A stretch of DNA of 64,000 nt from Candidatus Levyibacteriota bacterium (GTDB lineage: Bacteria; Patescibacteriota; Microgenomatia; Levybacterales; UBA12049). Each line of letters begins with the position of its first letter. The stretch's first letter is position 1. A program made the position numbers and the translations under genes. Location: positions 332,951-396,950 of the forward strand of contig OY970292.1 in assembly GCA_963716145.1 (NCBI GenBank), read 5' to 3'. Positions 60,786 through 64,000 of the stretch are shown here, piece by piece. The notes beneath the pieces are model-generated. The model saw only the letters and a program-made list of their open reading frames with translations, did not search any database and was not told the DNA's origin.

Positions 60786-62105
60786 TTATTCTTCCCTTTT
60801 CTTTTCAACACTTGTGAACTTAATCCTATTTCCCTGGAAAAGAAGGTCGATTTCGCCGGTCGGGCCGTTGCGGTGCTTGGCGACAAGTAACTTGGTGGGT
60901 ATTTGTACGCCACTCGCCTCAGCATCAGGCCGATAAAGAAACATAACCACGTCTGCGTCCTGCTCAATTGCACCCGACTCACGTAAATCCGCAAGTTGAG
61001 GACGTTTTTCGCCTCTATGTTCAACAGCTCGCGAAAGCTGTGAAGCGGAAAGAACAGGAATATTCAACTCTCGGGCAAGATTCTTTAATGCTTGCGATAC
61101 CATGGAGACCTCCTGAACTCTATTATCATAGCGCCTTCCGGGATCAACGAGCTGGAGATAGTCAACCACCAGTAGTGCGATATTGTGCTCCATCTGAAGT
61201 CGCCGAGCCTTACTTCTCATTTCAGTCAGAGAAAGTCCCGGCGTATCATCAATAAAAATTTCAGCTTCAGCCAACTCTCCCATGGCTTGCGATAACTTGG
61301 AAAAATCATCCTCTGACAATCTTCCTGTTTTTAGTTTCCACGCATCTACATCCGATTGCGCAATCAACAGACGGTCAACTAACTCCTCCTTACTCATTTC
61401 AAGGGAAAATATGCCTATGGGAAGTTTTTGTTTAACTGCAATGTTTTGGGCTATATTTAAAACCATTGCTGTTTTTCCCTGTCCCGGTCTGGCAGCCAAA
61501 ATAAGAAGATTTGTTTTTTGCATTCCTGAAAGTAGATTGTCTAGGTCAATAAAACCGCTCTTTACACCTCTTAGACCTGACCCGGTTTTTTGAAGTTCGT
61601 CAATTCTGTCAAAACTTTCAGTCAGCGTTTCCTTCAAAGCAACAAATCCGCGTGTCAGATGGCCCTGAGAGATGGAAAAAATCGCAGATTCTGCTTTGTC
61701 CAGAACATCTTTTACTTCACTGCTATCCTCATACCCCAACTCAGCAATTGAAGACCCTGCCTGAATAAGGCTGCGCTTAGTCGCATTTTCTTTGGTGATT
61801 TTGGCATATGTATCAACATTTGCGGCTGTGGGCACCATTTCAACTAAATCAGTTAAATAAGAGGAGTCAACTTTTTTTAGTAGTTTATTTTTTTTAAGCT
61901 GCTCTGTAAGAGTCAGAAGATCAATTGGCCTACGCTCCTCATACAACGCCAGACACGCTCCGTAAATAATTCCATTTATTTCACTATAGAAGTCTCCTGG
62001 TTTAAGAATTTCGGAAACACCTATAATCGCATTCTTATCAATAAGTATAGCCCCAAGTACACTTTGCTCGGCAGTGTCATTGTGGGGAAGAGTCTTAATT
62101 GACAT
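60786..62105 (-). CDS. dnaB: Replicative DNA helicase DnaB (no intein)
   Basis: Walker A ARPGQGKTAMVLN. RecA-like H2/H3/H4 motifs (…LLVVDYLQLV…). N-terminal DnaB_N. Confidence 0.9.
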   Translation of the reverse strand: MSIKTLPHNDTAEQSVLGAILIDKNAIIGVSEILKPGDFYSEINGIIYGACLALYEERRPIDLLTLTEQLKKNKLLKKVDSSYLTDLVEMVPTAANVDTYAKITKENATKRSLIQAGSSIAELGYEDSSEVKDVLDKAESAIFSISQGHLTRGFVALKETLTESFDRIDELQKTGSGLRGVKSGFIDLDNLLSGMQKTNLLILAARPGQGKTAMVLNIAQNIAVKQKLPIGIFSLEMSKEELVDRLLIAQSDVDAWKLKTGRLSEDDFSKLSQAMGELAEAEIFIDDTPGLSLTEMRSKARRLQMEHNIALLVVDYLQLVDPGRRYDNRVQEVSMVSQALKNLARELNIPVLSASQLSRAVEHRGEKRPQLADLRESGAIEQDADVVMFLYRPDAEASGVQIPTKLLVAKHRNGPTGEIDLLFQGNRIKFTSVEKKREE

Positions 62106-62193
62106 ATTAATTTCAAATAATTACCAATTTTAAATATCCAATTTCTAATAATTCATTTGGCATTTGAAATTTGTTATTAGAAATTTAAAATTA

Positions 62194-62703
62194 TTACTCT
62201 AGTATCACAGTCTCAATTTCTGCGGGCAGTTTGTCAATTGTTGTTGCGTATTTTGGAAGAGCTTTAGCATTTTCTTGCCCAAATGCCTTGCATACTTCAA
62301 CTGATTTTTCTCCATAAAAAATAACCACGTTTGTGACAAGGGCTGTCAGAAAAGAAGCATCAAGTACGTTGTCACAATTCACCACAAGTATATTTACTTC
62401 TTTAAGTTTGGTATGTATTTTTTCAAGCGAAGTAACTTTCCCAACAAGTACACTTACGGAATCTACATTCATACTATACACCATACTCTCATCCTGGCCA
62501 ATTCCTGTTATTTTTATACCTCCTGTTTCGTACTCACCAGGTCCATTTATAACAATATCTGAACCTGCTAACGAAACTCCTTTAAGGTCTTTATCCAAAA
62601 GTAAAGCTGCGTTTGATTCTGATTTGTCACTTGGATCAACTGCCAGAACAGCATTCTTGCCTTTTATGCGAAGTGAATTTTTAGAAACTAGAGCGATTTC
62701 CAT
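62194..62703 (-). CDS. Hypothetical protein, ~170 aa. Start re-set to MEIALVSKN.
   Basis: Alternating beta-strand-like pattern (…LRIKGKNAVLAVDP…VLVGKV…ILVVNCDNV…). No His or metal ligands, so not an MBL hydrolase. Confidence 0.35.
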   Translation of the reverse strand: MEIALVSKNSLRIKGKNAVLAVDPSDKSESNAALLLDKDLKGVSLAGSDIVINGPGEYETGGIKITGIGQDESMVYSMNVDSVSVLVGKVTSLEKIHTKLKEVNILVVNCDNVLDASFLTALVTNVVIFYGEKSVEVCKAFGQENAKALPKYATTIDKLPAEIETVILE

Positions 62704-62774
62704 GCAAATAATAGTAGCACGTCTTTCTTTTCTTGACAATACCGGACTTTTGTCGTATCATCAAATCCCTTATG

Positions 62775-63206
62775 AAAGCTGAAAAAGTTGTTTTATCTTT
62801 TGTCGCGGTTTTGGTAGGTCTAGTTGCGGCAGGAATCGCATTTTATCTCTATCAGGCAACCAGAACAATTCCTTCCTCACAATCAAAACCTGTCACAATA
62901 GTAGCCACTCCTACCCCCGCCCCGCTTTCTGATAAAGCTCATCTGTTAAAAATTGATAATCCGAAAAATGAAGGAGTTTTTGATAAAAAATTAATTTCGG
63001 TCTCCGGAAAGACTGTCAGCGGAGCATCCTTGATAATATCGACGGAGGACAATGATCAGGTCGTAAAACCGGCAAGCAATGGAGATTTTACCTTAACAAC
63101 TACCATTCCTGACGGTACAAGTATTCTACAAATAAAAGCTATTTTCCCTGACGGGACTGAGAAAAAAGAAACACGCACAGTAACTTTTTCAACTGAAAGT
63201 TTTTAA
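62775..63206 (+). CDS. Membrane-anchored protein with a C-terminal Ig-like/Big-type beta domain
   Basis: MKAEKVVLSFVAVLVGLVAAGIAFYLY (TM), then a Thr/Pro linker and a ~90-aa beta-rich module (…ISVSGKTVSGASLIISTEDNDQVVKPASNGDFTLTTTIPDGTSILQIKAIFPDG…). Confidence 0.4.
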   Translation, partial: KAEKVVLSFVAVLVGLVAAGIAFYLYQATRTIPSSQSKPVTIVATPTPAPLSDKAHLLKIDNPKNEGVFDKKLISVSGKTVSGASLIISTEDNDQVVKPASNGDFTLTTTIPDGTSILQIKAIFPDGTEKKETRTVTFSTESF

Positions 63207-63209
63207 ACT

Positions 63210-64000
63210 ATGAAAAAAATAATATTTTTAATTTCAATTATATTGCTTTGTGATTCATTTACCACTATTGCTGCAGCTGTTTCACCGACACTAACTCCCG
63301 TACAAACAGCTTCCCCAACAGTAAATGAAACTTTGAACGAAAAATTGAACACCCAAATAAATCAACTTAAAGACAAAATTGCTTCCCGTGTTTCAGAACT
63401 AAACCTTGTTGAAAAAAGAGGTGTAACTGGTATAGTTGCTGAAACATCCACAAACAAAATAACCCTTACTGATATTTTAGGAAATACTAAAATCATTGAT
63501 ATAGATGAAATAACCAAGTTTGCTTCAGCTTCAGCAAAAAGTACGTTTGGTCTTTCCGATCTAACGAAAGGAACTAAAATAAATACCATTGGGCTTTATA
63601 ACAAACAATCAAAGCGTATCTTGGCGCGCTTTATAACAACAGCCATAAACCCAGTTTTCCTCTCCGGCACAATTTCAGATATAGATATTAAGAATTTCAC
63701 AATTAATATTGTTTCAGCTGAAAAGAAAAACTCAAAAATTGACATAGGAACAGCAACTAAAATCTCTTTATACAGTAAAGAGGATGGTTTGACAAAAATA
63801 GGATTTGCGAAATTAAATATCGGCGATAGAGTATCAATTGTTGGATTTCCGGACAAAACAGATCCTACATTAATCATTGCTTCAAGAGTGGTCGATTTGC
63901 CTGAACTTCCAAAAGACCCCAACGTCAGCATCACGGAGCCTACTCCCACCTTTACTCCAACTGTTATCCCCCGCGTAACACAAACACCCGCCGCTTCGTC
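63210..64000 (+). CDS. Secreted protein with signal peptide. Partial, continues beyond the window end. Not in the ORF track.
   Basis: ATG at 63210: MKKIIFLISIILLCDSFTTIAAAVSPTLTPV..., open to position 64000. Beta-rich repeats end in a Pro/Thr-rich tail (EPTPTFTPTVIPRVTQTP). Confidence 0.5.
   Translation, partial: MKKIIFLISIILLCDSFTTIAAAVSPTLTPVQTASPTVNETLNEKLNTQINQLKDKIASRVSELNLVEKRGVTGIVAETSTNKITLTDILGNTKIIDIDEITKFASASAKSTFGLSDLTKGTKINTIGLYNKQSKRILARFITTAINPVFLSGTISDIDIKNFTINIVSAEKKNSKIDIGTATKISLYSKEDGLTKIGFAKLNIGDRVSIVGFPDKTDPTLIIASRVVDLPELPKDPNVSITEPTPTFTPTVIPRVTQTPAAS

Noticed and set aside
62194-62703. Initial impression that this ORF is an MBL-fold (beta-lactamase-like) hydrolase
   Set aside because: The protein contains no His residues. 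The HxHxDH metal-binding motif is therefore absent, so it was downgraded to hypothetical.

Overview
This is an AT-rich bacterial chromosomal segment that uses the standard genetic code. Genes are tightly packed, intergenic spacers are short and neighbouring genes often overlap. By gene content it is consistent with a reduced-genome, possibly CPR/Patescibacteria-like or monoderm, organism, but that assignment is inference only.

The first ~19 kb is a type IV pilus (T4P) locus, almost entirely on the minus strand:
- pilM, partial because its 3' end runs off the window start
- a PilX_N-type minor-pilin gene
- a ~1200-aa secreted repeat adhesin carrying Pmp-like repeats, FN3, LysM and an Ig/CarbopepD-like domain, with a C-terminal anchor
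- four prepilin-type pseudopilins and the prepilin peptidase pilD
- two tandemly duplicated major pilin genes separated by an intrinsic terminator
- a GAF sensor kinase and a receiver-only response regulator
- pilC, pilT and pilB

The rest of the window is mostly housekeeping:
- holB, rarA, gyrB, ppa, gyrA, folD
- an argG fused to an MGS-like domain
- pyrD-like, pyrF and pyrE
- efp, pepN, dnaB, yebC, rluA
- a Fic protein, an XerD-like recombinase, a trehalase, several transporters and one tRNA-Leu(CAA)
- a cell-wall remodelling cluster of FemAB, DegT, an alpha/beta hydrolase and a Mur ligase

Two technical points shape the interpretation. At least eight genes are split by single-base deletions in homopolymer runs: the adhesin, pilT, rarA, gyrA, a DUF4230 gene, pyrF, an ABC permease and an MFS transporter. 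Because essential gyrA is among them, these are far more likely sequencing errors than real pseudogenes. Two CDSs that run off the window ends (pilM, and a secreted protein at the 3' end) are absent from the supplied ORF track.

A 940-bp convergent region with no genes (44590-45529) may hold a structured RNA. No CRISPR array, rRNA or transposase was seen.
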